From IMG/VR virus record IMGVR_UViG_3300028027_000001: a stretch of DNA of 64,000 nucleotides. One strand, given 5' to 3'. This document shows, one piece after another, positions 19,298 to 28,744 of this stretch. The position numbers and the translations under genes are program-made. Every line of letters starts with the position of its first letter. The first letter of the stretch is position 1. The notes beneath the pieces were generated by a model. That model had not been told where the DNA came from, ran no database searches, and worked only from the letters and a program-made list of their open reading frames with translations. The DNA comes from a virus.

Positions 19298-19555
19298 TTA
19301 AATCACGTTAATTTTAGTTACTTTATACTGTCTCATGTATCGATCAACAAACGACTTTCCAACACCTAAATCAATAACTTCATATTCGTTAGGAATCAGT
19401 GGTTTACGTTTTGATGAATCTAATACCTCATCTACAGTTACGTTTTGAAACGTAGATATAAATTGTCTTTTACCTTTTTTTAATACAACAACGGTTGTGA
19501 TTGGTTCTTCTGATGGGCGACCTTTACCCGATGTCTGTTGAGTGTATGGATTCAT
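19298..19555 (-). CDS. hypothetical protein
   Basis: ORF track, promoter 19586. Confidence 0.8.
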   Translation of the reverse strand: MNPYTQQTSGKGRPSEEPITTVVVLKKGKRQFISTFQNVTVDEVLDSSKRKPLIPNEYEVIDLGVGKSFVDRYMRQYKVTKINVI

Positions 19556-19612
19556 AACCTTTATTATTTATTAATTTTATACCTGAAATATACGAATAGG
19601 ATATTTGGTTTC

Positions 19613-20659
19613 CTAGTCTTTGATAATCATCTTTTTAGAGTCGATTACTTTATTGTCAACTATTAATCGGTAATAGTAGATTCCTGCAGGTAAATGTTCT
19701 TTTTCAATTTCAATTTTGTTTTTTTCAGGGTCTAATTCATATTTTAAATTAAAATTAGCATAAGTAGAATACTTAATGTCAATGTATGATTTTGAATGTT
19801 TAGGGACAATATATTCAATTACTGTTGAGTATTTGAATGGGTTTGGGTAATTTTGACCTAGTTTAGGTACAACTGTATCCTGTTTGTCTAGTATGGATTG
19901 GTTAGGTTTTAAATAATCAACTAAAATGGATTTTGATTGAACACACCCATTTTTATCTGTTACATTTACCAAATAAGTTCCCGCTTTTATTGTTTTTAGG
20001 TTTTGTGTTTTAGCACCATTACTCCAAGAATATGAGTATGGTGGTGTACCATAATTAACACTTATTGATATTGAACCATTACTAGCTGTTTTAGTGTTCG
20101 GTTTAATAACAGTTTCATCAATTGTCATTGGTGTTAAAGTATCTATAACATAATGAAAACCAACAGTTTCCATAGTACATCCCTTAGAATCAACTACTCT
20201 AACCCTATATGCACCCGCTCCCACATTTCCAGTATTTGAAATGAATGGTTTATTGTTCCTATCAAAATAATAGAATGTATATGGAAACAACCCACCACTA
20301 ACAAAATTTTCCATATGAGATAAACCACCAGGACAAACTATTGGGGTAAATGTTGTTGTTAATCTAAGCTTAAGTGGTTGTGGAATTGAGTCAGAAACTG
20401 TTTTAACACATCCCTTGGTGTCTGTTACCTTAACCGTATATTTACCCGCCTTAGATTGCAGATTCTGCGCATTATACCCGTTAGACCACTCATATTTGTA
20501 TGGGCCTGTTCCACCATCTACTTTAGTTAGTAATATTTTCCCATCTCCACCAAAACAATTTGCTGATACTGGTTTGGCTGTTACAATCATTTTTGAACAA
20601 TCTTGAGTATAGGAAATGAAGGGGGTTAGAAAAATAGCAATTAAAGTAGATAGTTTCAT
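19613..20659 (-). CDS. secreted SprB-repeat protein with T9SS type A C-terminal sorting domain
   Basis: Signal peptide ending SYT-Q; three SprB-type repeats (GGTGPYKYEWSNG, AGxYxVxVTDxxGC); CTD with QNYPNPF, GIYYYRL, KKMII. Confidence 0.85.
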   Translation of the reverse strand: MKLSTLIAIFLTPFISYTQDCSKMIVTAKPVSANCFGGDGKILLTKVDGGTGPYKYEWSNGYNAQNLQSKAGKYTVKVTDTKGCVKTVSDSIPQPLKLRLTTTFTPIVCPGGLSHMENFVSGGLFPYTFYYFDRNNKPFISNTGNVGAGAYRVRVVDSKGCTMETVGFHYVIDTLTPMTIDETVIKPNTKTASNGSISISVNYGTPPYSYSWSNGAKTQNLKTIKAGTYLVNVTDKNGCVQSKSILVDYLKPNQSILDKQDTVVPKLGQNYPNPFKYSTVIEYIVPKHSKSYIDIKYSTYANFNLKYELDPEKNKIEIEKEHLPAGIYYYRLIVDNKVIDSKKMIIKD

Positions 20660-20669
20660 GGGGTTTTAA

Positions 20670-20918
20670 TTATAAATATTTGTTTTGGTAGTAAGGGACA
20701 TATTTGTTTCTGACATCCAGTCCTTTTTTAATATCACAAAACTTTGAAGACTCGGTTAATACAAATGCATCCATTTCTTCATCACTAGCACATTCACATA
20801 TTATATCCAATTCACTTGGTGTAATGTTATACATTGTATACATAAGGCTGTCAATCAAATAAGTTATGCCTCCACCTCCTGGTGCTCCTTCACTTACTTC
20901 TTTTCTTAGTTTTTTCAT
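20670..20918 (-). CDS. hypothetical protein
   Basis: ORF track. Confidence 0.75.
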   Translation of the reverse strand: MKKLRKEVSEGAPGGGGITYLIDSLMYTMYNITPSELDIICECASDEEMDAFVLTESSKFCDIKKGLDVRNKYVPYYQNKYL

Positions 20919-20928
20919 AACTATTTAA

Positions 20929-21342
20929 TTAAAATGAATTTCTTCTATCGGTAATATCTTTTATTATTCCTAAATCAGGAAATATTACAGATACTGTTCT
21001 TCCAAACTCTTTATTTGGGGTGAATTGATATGTTATTTCTTTTATAGGACCATATAATAAATTAATTGCAGTCTTTAAGTCTTCTACTTTATCTGCTTCA
21101 TATGGGGTTAAAGCAAATTTATAGACTAAGTCTTGAACATGAGTAACTGAAAATTGGTTTTCAAATATAATTATTGCCTCTGACTCACATTCAATGTATG
21201 GTAATAGAAAACCTAAAAAATCATCATTGAATATTTCTTGTTGGTTAGGGATAATATTAATTTGAGCTCCTTTAATTACATCAAACACATACCAAGTATT
21301 TGTGTCTTTATTTTTTCTAATTGATCCTAAATACGTTCTCAT
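20929..21342 (-). CDS. hypothetical protein
   Basis: ORF track. Confidence 0.8.
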   Translation of the reverse strand: MRTYLGSIRKNKDTNTWYVFDVIKGAQINIIPNQQEIFNDDFLGFLLPYIECESEAIIIFENQFSVTHVQDLVYKFALTPYEADKVEDLKTAINLLYGPIKEITYQFTPNKEFGRTVSVIFPDLGIIKDITDRRNSF

Positions 21343-21343
21343 A

Positions 21344-21523
21344 TTATTTTTCAGTTATAATTAAATTTTTTATAAATGTATCGTCTTGGTCATGTAAATC
21401 CAATTCTAATCTACCTTCACCATTAGTATTCCATCTAATTATCCACCCATCGACCACAACTGAACCATCTTTTGGTTCGTTTGATACTTGGTTTGTTACT
21501 GTAAAATTAGGTAAATCACTCAT
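21344..21523 (-). CDS. hypothetical protein
   Basis: ORF track, start MSDLP. Confidence 0.7.
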   Translation of the reverse strand: MSDLPNFTVTNQVSNEPKDGSVVVDGWIIRWNTNGEGRLELDLHDQDDTFIKNLIITEK

Positions 21524-21524
21524 A

Positions 21525-21770
21525 TTAATCAAGCATTATTCCATAACTAGTTAAAATCTCTCTAATCATCTCTCTGTAGCGTTCCGCTACTGAATCTTCT
21601 ACTGAGCATGCTTCTTTACCATGATTGATATGGGATTGAGCATATTTGGTAGTTTTTCTTAGTTCTTGATCTAAGTCCCACATAGCTAATTTCCACTTAT
21701 AACCATCAAGTGCTGTTCTAATATCATCTTGATCTTCTACAGCATCAAATTCTAATATAACCTTTGCCAT
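21525..21770 (-). CDS. hypothetical protein
   Basis: ORF track, promoter 21795. Confidence 0.8.
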   Translation of the reverse strand: MAKVILEFDAVEDQDDIRTALDGYKWKLAMWDLDQELRKTTKYAQSHINHGKEACSVEDSVAERYREMIREILTSYGIMLD

Positions 21771-21806
21771 CTTATTTATTTTTTAATTATGCTTGAATAT
21801 ACGAAC

Positions 21807-22040
21807 TTATTTTTGATTTTCAAAATATAATTCAATTTCCTCATTGTGAGGTTTATTTAATTCTTCAAGTTTATCGGCGATCATCCTTAAACTAAATTCA
21901 TTCCAATAACCTTGTTGTTTCGACCAAAACACCCAAAATCCATCAACTTCAGTATAAAAGTACCCCAAATGTTGGGTATGGAAGTATACTTCGTAGCGAT
22001 ATTTGGATTCTGTGGATTGTAATTTTAGTTCTGGTTTCAT
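21807..22040 (-). CDS. hypothetical protein
   Basis: ORF track. Confidence 0.75.
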   Translation of the reverse strand: MKPELKLQSTESKYRYEVYFHTQHLGYFYTEVDGFWVFWSKQQGYWNEFSLRMIADKLEELNKPHNEEIELYFENQK

Positions 22041-22279
22041 TTAGTTACTGATTCTATTTTTTCAATGAGATATTTTTGTAATTCTTCAATTTCAATTTTA
22101 GTACTTGGTGTATTGAAACATTCAAATTGAACCCCATCAACTCTATCAGTCATTATTAATAAGTGATAATCATCTGATATGGGATCCTGATTAAGTTGGG
22201 ATTTTACGGAATTGATCATTTCCACATTTTCCTCAAACTCTGCTTGTTGTGGTAATCTAATTACAAATATTGGTTTCAT
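22037..22279 (-). CDS. hypothetical protein
   Basis: ORF track. Confidence 0.75.
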   Translation of the reverse strand: MKPIFVIRLPQQAEFEENVEMINSVKSQLNQDPISDDYHLLIMTDRVDGVQFECFNTPSTKIEIEELQKYLIEKIESVTK

Positions 22280-22285
22280 ATTATT

Positions 22286-23332
22286 TCAATTTGATAATGG
22301 AATTTTAATGGTTGGGTGTGATTGATAATTTTCTAAAGTAAAATCACTAATAGAATATGTCGGTAAACAATCACCCACAGCCCATTTAACAATTTCACTT
22401 TCAATTTTTAAAGTTGGTAGTGGGTATGGTTCTCTATTTAATTGTTCTTTAATTGGTTCAATTTGATTTGAATAGATATGACAATCCCCCATATTAGCAA
22501 TTAGTTCATCCGGAATCATATTCACTTCTTTAGCGATTATTTCTAATAATAAGCCATAAGATGCTAGGTTGAATGGGGTGCCTAATGGAACATCTTGGCT
22601 TCGAGCATTATACATTAATGAGATTGCTCTTTTAGGAACAGTATCTCCATATATTTTAGGTTCACCTCTGTATAGGTATTTATTTGCCTCGTGTTTTGGG
22701 TCTTCAGCATTTCTAACCCAGTCTACGTTATCAATAACCCATTTCTGTCTTTCATCATCACTCAACTCTTTGGTGTAAAATTGAAAGCTATAGTGACATG
22801 GTCGTAAAATCATATTATCTAATTCACCAACATTCCAAGCTGAAACGATGATACCTCTATCGTCTGGGTTTGTTTTGAGTAGGTGGATTGCATTTGCTAT
22901 TTGGTCTATTATTTTTCCATTATATTGAATTGATCTCCAGCCGGCACCATAGATGGGACCTAGATTAAACATTGAATCATGGAAGGAATGACCCCCAGTT
23001 TTTACCTTTTGTTTAATTTCTTCAAGTGTGTATGGGGAGGAACATGAGTTTTTATATTTTTTAAACCAATCCCCGTCCCAAATAGAAATGTTATCTTTCC
23101 ATAAATGTCTAATATCTGTTGAACCATTAAGAAACCATAAAAGTTCACCAACAATACTTTTCCAGTGAAGTTTTTTCGTAGTCAATAATGGAAACCCGTC
23201 TGACATTTTATGTCTAATTTGTCTACCAAACACAGAAATTGTTCCAACTCCAGTCCTGTCTTGTTTTTTTACTCCATTATCTAAAATATCTTGAAGCAAT
23301 GCTTGGTATTGTTTATCTAAATTGTTTGCCAT
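22286..23332 (-). CDS. thyA: thymidylate synthase
   Basis: DRTGVGT, FPLLTTKK, ELLWF, LGPIYG, PCH, RSQDVPLGTPFN, GDCHIY. Confidence 0.97.
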   Translation of the reverse strand: MANNLDKQYQALLQDILDNGVKKQDRTGVGTISVFGRQIRHKMSDGFPLLTTKKLHWKSIVGELLWFLNGSTDIRHLWKDNISIWDGDWFKKYKNSCSSPYTLEEIKQKVKTGGHSFHDSMFNLGPIYGAGWRSIQYNGKIIDQIANAIHLLKTNPDDRGIIVSAWNVGELDNMILRPCHYSFQFYTKELSDDERQKWVIDNVDWVRNAEDPKHEANKYLYRGEPKIYGDTVPKRAISLMYNARSQDVPLGTPFNLASYGLLLEIIAKEVNMIPDELIANMGDCHIYSNQIEPIKEQLNREPYPLPTLKIESEIVKWAVGDCLPTYSISDFTLENYQSHPTIKIPLSN

Positions 23333-23362
23333 AACTTTTTTATTTGATTAAATATACGAATC

Positions 23363-23620
23363 CTATCGGCCTAGTACAATTCCTCTTTTAATATCATATT
23401 TGAATGGATCTGCCGGTCCTTTTCTAACAGCATTGTAATCTTCATGGTCACCATCCCACCAATCACCTCCATTCTCCTCACTATAAAAATCTCTACATAC
23501 TTCGATATGTTCAATTCTATCTTTAGTTACATCTCTAAATCCACTTTCATATCCTTGAACGTATACTTCTAAATTACCATCTAATGTCATTAAATGGTTG
23601 ATTAATTCGTTAATAGTCAT
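23363..23620 (-). CDS. hypothetical protein
   Basis: Start MTINELI. Confidence 0.75.
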   Translation of the reverse strand: MTINELINHLMTLDGNLEVYVQGYESGFRDVTKDRIEHIEVCRDFYSEENGGDWWDGDHEDYNAVRKGPADPFKYDIKRGIVLGR

Positions 23621-23757
23621 AACCGAATAATTTATCATATGAATAATCAATCACTTCACCCCATCTTAACCCAGTTGTTAAAAATAGGAATGCTGGGATA
23701 ACAAATGTTATTAATAATAAGCTCCACATTGTGGAGATTAATAAAAATAATAATCTT

Positions 23758-23952
23758 TTAGCTAATAGTTTCATCTTTTATTTCTTTTAAAAAAACACCA
23801 CAACCAAAGTCTTTGGTTTGGTTAATAATTCTGTGACTTAATGTCTTGTATTCTTTTTCTTTTAATAGGAACTGGAATTGTTCAAATTGAAATTCCTTTC
23901 CCTCACATACACATTCGTATGTTTTTCCTTCGAATTTAAACTGTAGTTTCAT
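23758..23952 (-). CDS. hypothetical protein
   Basis: ORF track. Confidence 0.7.
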   Translation of the reverse strand: MKLQFKFEGKTYECVCEGKEFQFEQFQFLLKEKEYKTLSHRIINQTKDFGCGVFLKEIKDETIS

Positions 23953-24277
23953 CTATTTTGGTTAATGTGTAATTACTGTTTTTTGTTTTAAATACTACTT
24001 TATCAGGAGTAAATGAAATTAATTCGGTAATAGGTGTTGTTTGCCAAACATAATACTGGTTAAATGGGGACATAATCAATGATCTACCCACTGAGGGTTC
24101 TTTGTGTCTTGATTTAAATGTTGAATCATCATTCCACTCAATCCACGTAATATCAACGGATTTAACGATCATATTATCGTGTTCTCTAACAAGACACCAC
24201 TTTGGGTGATCCACCGTTATTCCAATCATACTAGCAAAGGTATCTAAGTCAAAGGATGTGTTTTCTATTTTACTCAT
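23936..24277 (-). CDS. hypothetical protein
   Basis: ORF track, WQTT...FKTKNSNY motif. Confidence 0.8.
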   Translation of the reverse strand: MSKIENTSFDLDTFASMIGITVDHPKWCLVREHDNMIVKSVDITWIEWNDDSTFKSRHKEPSVGRSLIMSPFNQYYVWQTTPITELISFTPDKVVFKTKNSNYTLTKIDETTV

Positions 24278-24578
24278 TTCTTATATTGTTTAATATATTC
24301 GTGTAATGATTTTAAATCAGTGCAAATTGGTAAACCGTTATCATCTGCTGTCAATCCCCATTTCCATAATTATTTTCATAGATGAACCAATTAATCCAAT
24401 CAATTCCTTCTACACTATAGTGACTTTTAAATGTTAATTGTAAAAGTTTATCTAAACCTTGCCATACCGGAAATTTTTCATTCTCTAAAAAGTCAAATCC
24501 CAAATTATACAACTCTTGGAATTGTTTAGTTGTTTGTTTATACTCTTTAATGATTTTTTTAAATTCTTTAAACTTCAT
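24274..24578 (-). pseudogene. hypothetical protein with an apparent 1-nt frameshift near 24357
   Basis: Track ORF stops at 24351; the shifted frame continues GLTADDNGLPICTDLKSLHEYIKQYKK* to an ATGA overlap with the next gene. Confidence 0.6.
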
Positions 24579-24783
24579 AACTTTATATTTAATTTTTCTT
24601 CTGTTAGATCATCTAATAGTTCGTGGCAATTAAGGCATTTTGGGTCACAATTCATATCTAATACTTCTTTAATATCAAATTGATGCTGACACACGTGTTC
24701 TACTTTAAAATACTTTTTTACTCTCTTAATTACTCTTTTCATTATTTTTTTATTTATACTGGAATATACGAATGAGAATTTAA

Positions 24784-24993
24784 TTATCTCTGTCCTCTAA
24801 TTTGAGAGAGTATTTCTTCGTTGGTTTGGTAATCGTGTGATTCGATTTCTTCTCCAATTAAAGCATCAATTCTACCTAATTGGTATGCTTTCTGTTCGAG
24901 TGATGTGTTGAGGTGTTGAGGAAACACATCGTGTAAACTGTCGGTAAAACCCTTCATATACACTGCTAGTAGTTGTTCGTCGGTAATATTCAT
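24784..24993 (-). CDS. hypothetical protein
   Basis: ORF track. Confidence 0.75.
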   Translation of the reverse strand: MNITDEQLLAVYMKGFTDSLHDVFPQHLNTSLEQKAYQLGRIDALIGEEIESHDYQTNEEILSQIRGQR

Positions 24994-24994
24994 T

Positions 24995-25528
24995 TTATTT
25001 ATTTTTAGTTAAAATTAAACAACCATTTTCATCAAGTTTATAACCTGAATTTGGTGCGTGTTCTTCAAAACCTCTAACTTCTGATTCTGTTAATTCAGAA
25101 CTGTATGGTAACATTTCAATCTCAACCTCTATTTCTGTTGGTTGTTGTAGCAGTAATTGTATAAATTCATCTACTGGTAATCTTGAAAGATAAATGTTTT
25201 CTGTTGACCTATCATATCCCCATACTATACCTTGTTTAAATTGCTCAAGTGTAAACAACTTATCTTTATTCAACTCCACGGCTTTGTTGAAACCTTTTAA
25301 ATAACCTATTCTAAAATAAGGGTCTTGTTTATACTTTTGACTATCCAATCTTAATGGGTCAGTATTGTTACATTCTTCTAAAGCTAATGCTCCAACATCT
25401 ATTATACCAAACATTTCATCACAGTTCTGTTTGGATAATCTTTTATAAGGAGATTCTTGGGTTGTAGCTATACAACTATCATCTTCGGCATATAACTTGT
25501 ATTCTTCACCAATTTTCTTTAATATCAT
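24995..25528 (-). CDS. hypothetical protein
   Basis: ORF track, promoter 25558. Confidence 0.8.
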   Translation of the reverse strand: MILKKIGEEYKLYAEDDSCIATTQESPYKRLSKQNCDEMFGIIDVGALALEECNNTDPLRLDSQKYKQDPYFRIGYLKGFNKAVELNKDKLFTLEQFKQGIVWGYDRSTENIYLSRLPVDEFIQLLLQQPTEIEVEIEMLPYSSELTESEVRGFEEHAPNSGYKLDENGCLILTKNK

Positions 25529-25585
25529 AACCTTTGTTTTAATTTATTAATATGCTTGAATATACGAAACCTATTTAAGAAAACA

Positions 25586-25605
25586 AAAGCCCCTGTTGGG
25601 GCTTT
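25586..25605 (-). terminator. intrinsic terminator
   Basis: aaagcccc-tgtt-ggggcttt. Confidence 0.65.
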
Positions 25606-25609
25606 AAAA

Positions 25610-25909
25610 TTATTTTTTCTCTAATATAATTATTGCATCCCGTATCTGGGCGCACACCTCATACAGCTCATTTTCTTCAAATATGGAGAGATTTTGTTTT
25701 AAGGTAGATAAAAATTCTTTCCTATCCACAGTAATGTCATATATTGTTTGTTCTTGTTCAACCAACACCGACAAAGCATGTAAGTGGCGTTTACGTCCCT
25801 TTAGGTTAGATAAGATAGTAGTAACCAATGCTTCAGCAATTCGCACATCTCTCTTAGTAATCAATTCCTCGAATTCATCACTATTAAATACAATAATTTC
25901 ACTTGCCAT
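25610..25909 (-). CDS. hypothetical protein
   Basis: ORF track. Confidence 0.8.
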   Translation of the reverse strand: MASEIIVFNSDEFEELITKRDVRIAEALVTTILSNLKGRKRHLHALSVLVEQEQTIYDITVDRKEFLSTLKQNLSIFEENELYEVCAQIRDAIIILEKK

Positions 25910-25910
25910 A

Positions 25911-26069
25911 TTAAAATAAATTTAAAAACCCAGGATCAATTGGTTTATCCTTGAGTTTTTGGTTACGCTCATCGTCTTTTAATAACCGAGTTGCTAACTT
26001 TTCTAAGTGTTTTTCCTTTTGTTTGTCGTAATCTTTAATTATACGTTGGTGTTTCTTAGACGGTTTCAT
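25911..26069 (-). CDS. small basic hypothetical protein (52 aa)
   Basis: MKPSKKHQRII...FLNLF*, class C-like motif at 26073. Confidence 0.65.
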   Translation of the reverse strand: MKPSKKHQRIIKDYDKQKEKHLEKLATRLLKDDERNQKLKDKPIDPGFLNLF

Positions 26070-26081
26070 ACTCATAAATAT

Positions 26082-26738
26082 TTACTTTTTTCTTGAAACC
26101 AAAGAATAAGGATCATCATCTACACTGTCATTCCATCCACCCAATTCCTCCAATTTAGATAAATGGTATTCGTCTAATTCAAAATGAACTAAATCAGAAT
26201 GGAATTGACCTTGTCTACCTGTTTCAATCCACTGGATGTCACTTTTAGTGAATGTATTACCAATATATAGGAAATAACAATTGTAGCATAGTAATTGAAC
26301 GTTATTTAATCCCCAATGGGTTCTATTTCCATCTATAAAATTAAGTAGTAATGGTGGTTTGTTATCAATTGTTCTACGTTGTGAAAAACCACACGCATAA
26401 CATTCCTCCTTCATATAACCAGATTCAATCATACTTGCTCTGATTTTATCTGGGTGGAAACTAGCTGCTGATACTTCTCCGTTTATTATTTTAAGTATAT
26501 GGGGTAATGTTTTTGCATTTGGGTGAGGGCTAGATAAAAATTTCTTAATACCTTTACCACATTGGTTTTTATGCACGTCAAATAATGATTGTCCTGTGGC
26601 TTCATCGGTATAAGCCTTCATGTATCTTTTAACATGTTGGTAGGAACAATTCAAGTATCTTGAAGCGGCTCTAACTGACTTTGTCTGTGACATGGCCGCT
26701 AAAATCATTTCTTTAGTTAAATGTAAAGCTCTTGGCAT
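26082..26738 (-). CDS. HTH plus degenerate HNH-fold protein
   Basis: N-terminal SVRAASRYLNCSY HTH; CYAC...IDGN...NNVQLLCYNC. Confidence 0.7.
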   Translation of the reverse strand: MPRALHLTKEMILAAMSQTKSVRAASRYLNCSYQHVKRYMKAYTDEATGQSLFDVHKNQCGKGIKKFLSSPHPNAKTLPHILKIINGEVSAASFHPDKIRASMIESGYMKEECYACGFSQRRTIDNKPPLLLNFIDGNRTHWGLNNVQLLCYNCYFLYIGNTFTKSDIQWIETGRQGQFHSDLVHFELDEYHLSKLEELGGWNDSVDDDPYSLVSRKK

Positions 26739-26785
26739 ATTTTATTTTTTATTGAATATACAAAAAAAGCTTGGTAAAACCAAGC

Positions 26786-27043
26786 TTATTCTTCTTCTTC
26801 TGATAATTTAGGATTTACAATATCGAGATGTTTCTTACTAATCGTTTCATATTTCTCGTATTGTTCGGGTTCCATAAATACTACATCGGTCCATGTGTGG
26901 TCCTTGTTTCCAAACATGGTAGTTACACCACGTTTAGCCCCCGTAGTAGAACAATCTACACAGGTTTTAGTTCCTGGGAGGGCTTTAATGCGGAGTGGGT
27001 TTATTGGTTCTTTGCAATGGATGCAAGGTATAGATTCATTCAT
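26786..27043 (-). CDS. DksA/TraR-type C4 zinc-finger protein
   Basis: CIHCKEPINPLRIKALPGTKTCVDC. Confidence 0.8.
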   Translation of the reverse strand: MNESIPCIHCKEPINPLRIKALPGTKTCVDCSTTGAKRGVTTMFGNKDHTWTDVVFMEPEQYEKYETISKKHLDIVNPKLSEEEE

Positions 27044-27416
27044 ATTGTTTGATAAATTTGTATAATTGTTTTGGGGTTTTGATTATATGTTCGACATCGT
27101 TTTCATCTACTATACTACATTCTTCCCCATCTTCTGCTGTTCTTTCGAATACATACCATAAGATAACGGAGGATGGTATTTCTCCATATGTTTTAGCAAG
27201 TAAATTTTCAATTATCACCATATATCCCATATCGTATGCAAACAAGTTAATACCTAATTCTTCAGCTAATATGGATCTTTCACTAGCATCACATAACGCT
27301 TCAATTAAACTTAGGAAATACGCTTCATCTTGTTTTTTAGGTGATAATGTTTTTTCTTTTATTTCAACACCTTTCCCAATTAACTCAGATAGATGTTTCG
27401 TCTGTCTCTTCTCCAT
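27036..27416 (-). CDS. hypothetical protein
   Basis: ORF track. Confidence 0.8.
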   Translation of the reverse strand: MEKRQTKHLSELIGKGVEIKEKTLSPKKQDEAYFLSLIEALCDASERSILAEELGINLFAYDMGYMVIIENLLAKTYGEIPSSVILWYVFERTAEDGEECSIVDENDVEHIIKTPKQLYKFIKQYE

Positions 27417-27570
27417 ATGCTTTTACGTTAAATATAGATATGAATTCATCTACTGTTAATTTTTTAATCTCAGCAAATATTTGAGCAGCTTCATAAGCAT
27501 TATTTGCTTTTACTTTGTGTATAGGCTCTGAATTTGAATCATAAGCACTAAAATAAACATAAGTTTCCAT
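27385..27570 (-). CDS. hypothetical protein
   Basis: ORF track. Confidence 0.7.
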   Translation of the reverse strand: METYVYFSAYDSNSEPIHKVKANNAYEAAQIFAEIKKLTVDEFISIFNVKAYGEETDETSI

Positions 27571-27571
27571 T

Positions 27572-28744
27572 TTATAAGTTTATTAATGTGTGAGATAAAT
27601 CTTCTAAATGTTGGATATGGACCTTAAATATATCTGCTTCAAAATCTCCAGTAAATCCAGGACCATCTTTAATGATTTGTGGGAAGTTATGCAATATATG
27701 GATACTATCAGTAGTCAATTGTTTAGCATCAAATTCAATTACAATGTCATTTTCACTAATAGGATCATTATGGCCAATACACATTACTCTTTTAGATAAA
27801 TCGTATGTTGTATTATGCTGTTCCTGGTCAAGATAATGCGAATATAACACTTGCATTTCGTCCTCAATATAAATCCTGTCACACCACGGTTCAAACGCTT
27901 CTAACAACGCTAAATTACAGTTTTTAACAACATATGCAATGTTGTATACTGGTGGAATGATTGGGTACTGGAATTCATCATTTTTAATCCATGATTTCCA
28001 TTTGCGCAAATAGTTACGTTGTGCTCGTTTAGATACTATTTTAAAATAATCATCATCCGTTCCCACTTTATCATTCCATCTGTGCCCACGACATGTTAAA
28101 TGATAGACAAAAGCATCTCTAGATTGAATTAATTCATACCCAGCTAGTATCCAACGTTGAAATATATCTGAGTCTTCATAAGGGAATGGAGCAAATAATG
28201 GGTCATGTCCTCCTATTGCTTGGAAATCTTTTTTATAGATAATCCAAGGTGCGAACATGCCTTTTGTTGTTTGATCTTTAAATTCAATTTGTGCGTCGGC
28301 AACAAATGTTTCAAAAGCATCTATATCTAATGTGTCAAAATCCATTCCAAAATCACGAATGATTTTTTCTTTACCTTCAGGATGTAATGGTGGTTCGATT
28401 CTAGTACCACAAACAACAGTTCCAGGTTTGATATGTTTAACTAGGTTTTCAATATAATTAGGTCCTAGGATCATATCGGCATGGATAATACCTACAATTT
28501 CATTAGTAGCTAACTCAATCCCTTTATCATATAAAATAGTATGACCTACTCGTTCTTCACTCCTAATAATTCTTGTTTTATTATTAGGTAATGTTTCTAC
28601 TGTTTGCATCCATTCCCAAGTTCCATCAGTTGAACCATCATCTAATAAGATGATTTCAGCTTCTGGAGCATGTTTTAAGATAGAGGCATATGCATTTTGG
28701 ATATGCTGGAGGTTGTTGTACGATGGTAATATTAAACTAATCAT
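27572..28744 (-). CDS. glycosyltransferase family 2
   Basis: ISLILPSYN, DDGSTDGT, HADM, GGHD..F..EDSD. Confidence 0.92.
   Translation of the reverse strand: MISLILPSYNNLQHIQNAYASILKHAPEAEIILLDDGSTDGTWEWMQTVETLPNNKTRIIRSEERVGHTILYDKGIELATNEIVGIIHADMILGPNYIENLVKHIKPGTVVCGTRIEPPLHPEGKEKIIRDFGMDFDTLDIDAFETFVADAQIEFKDQTTKGMFAPWIIYKKDFQAIGGHDPLFAPFPYEDSDIFQRWILAGYELIQSRDAFVYHLTCRGHRWNDKVGTDDDYFKIVSKRAQRNYLRKWKSWIKNDEFQYPIIPPVYNIAYVVKNCNLALLEAFEPWCDRIYIEDEMQVLYSHYLDQEQHNTTYDLSKRVMCIGHNDPISENDIVIEFDAKQLTTDSIHILHNFPQIIKDGPGFTGDFEADIFKVHIQHLEDLSHTLINL

Larger units (their letters stand above)
221..24796 (-). promoter_or_regulatory. class A promoter family AGGA(C/T)-N20-TCGTATATT, 22 copies
   Basis: Core (+ strand R-AATATACGA) at 221, 376, 1370, 3355, 4061, 4381, 4776, 5493, 5778, 7250, 7659, 8058, 8347, 8898, 9616, 10487, 12095, 13172, 13667, 14687, 15015, 24762. 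Each has a gtcct/atcct-like box exactly 20 nt away and lies upstream of a minus-strand gene or RNA cluster. Confidence 0.85.

Noticed and set aside
22286-23332. thyA as a dCMP hydroxymethylase feeding the glycosyltransferases
   Set aside because: It retains the Asn of PFN that specifies dUMP and all canonical ThyA motifs
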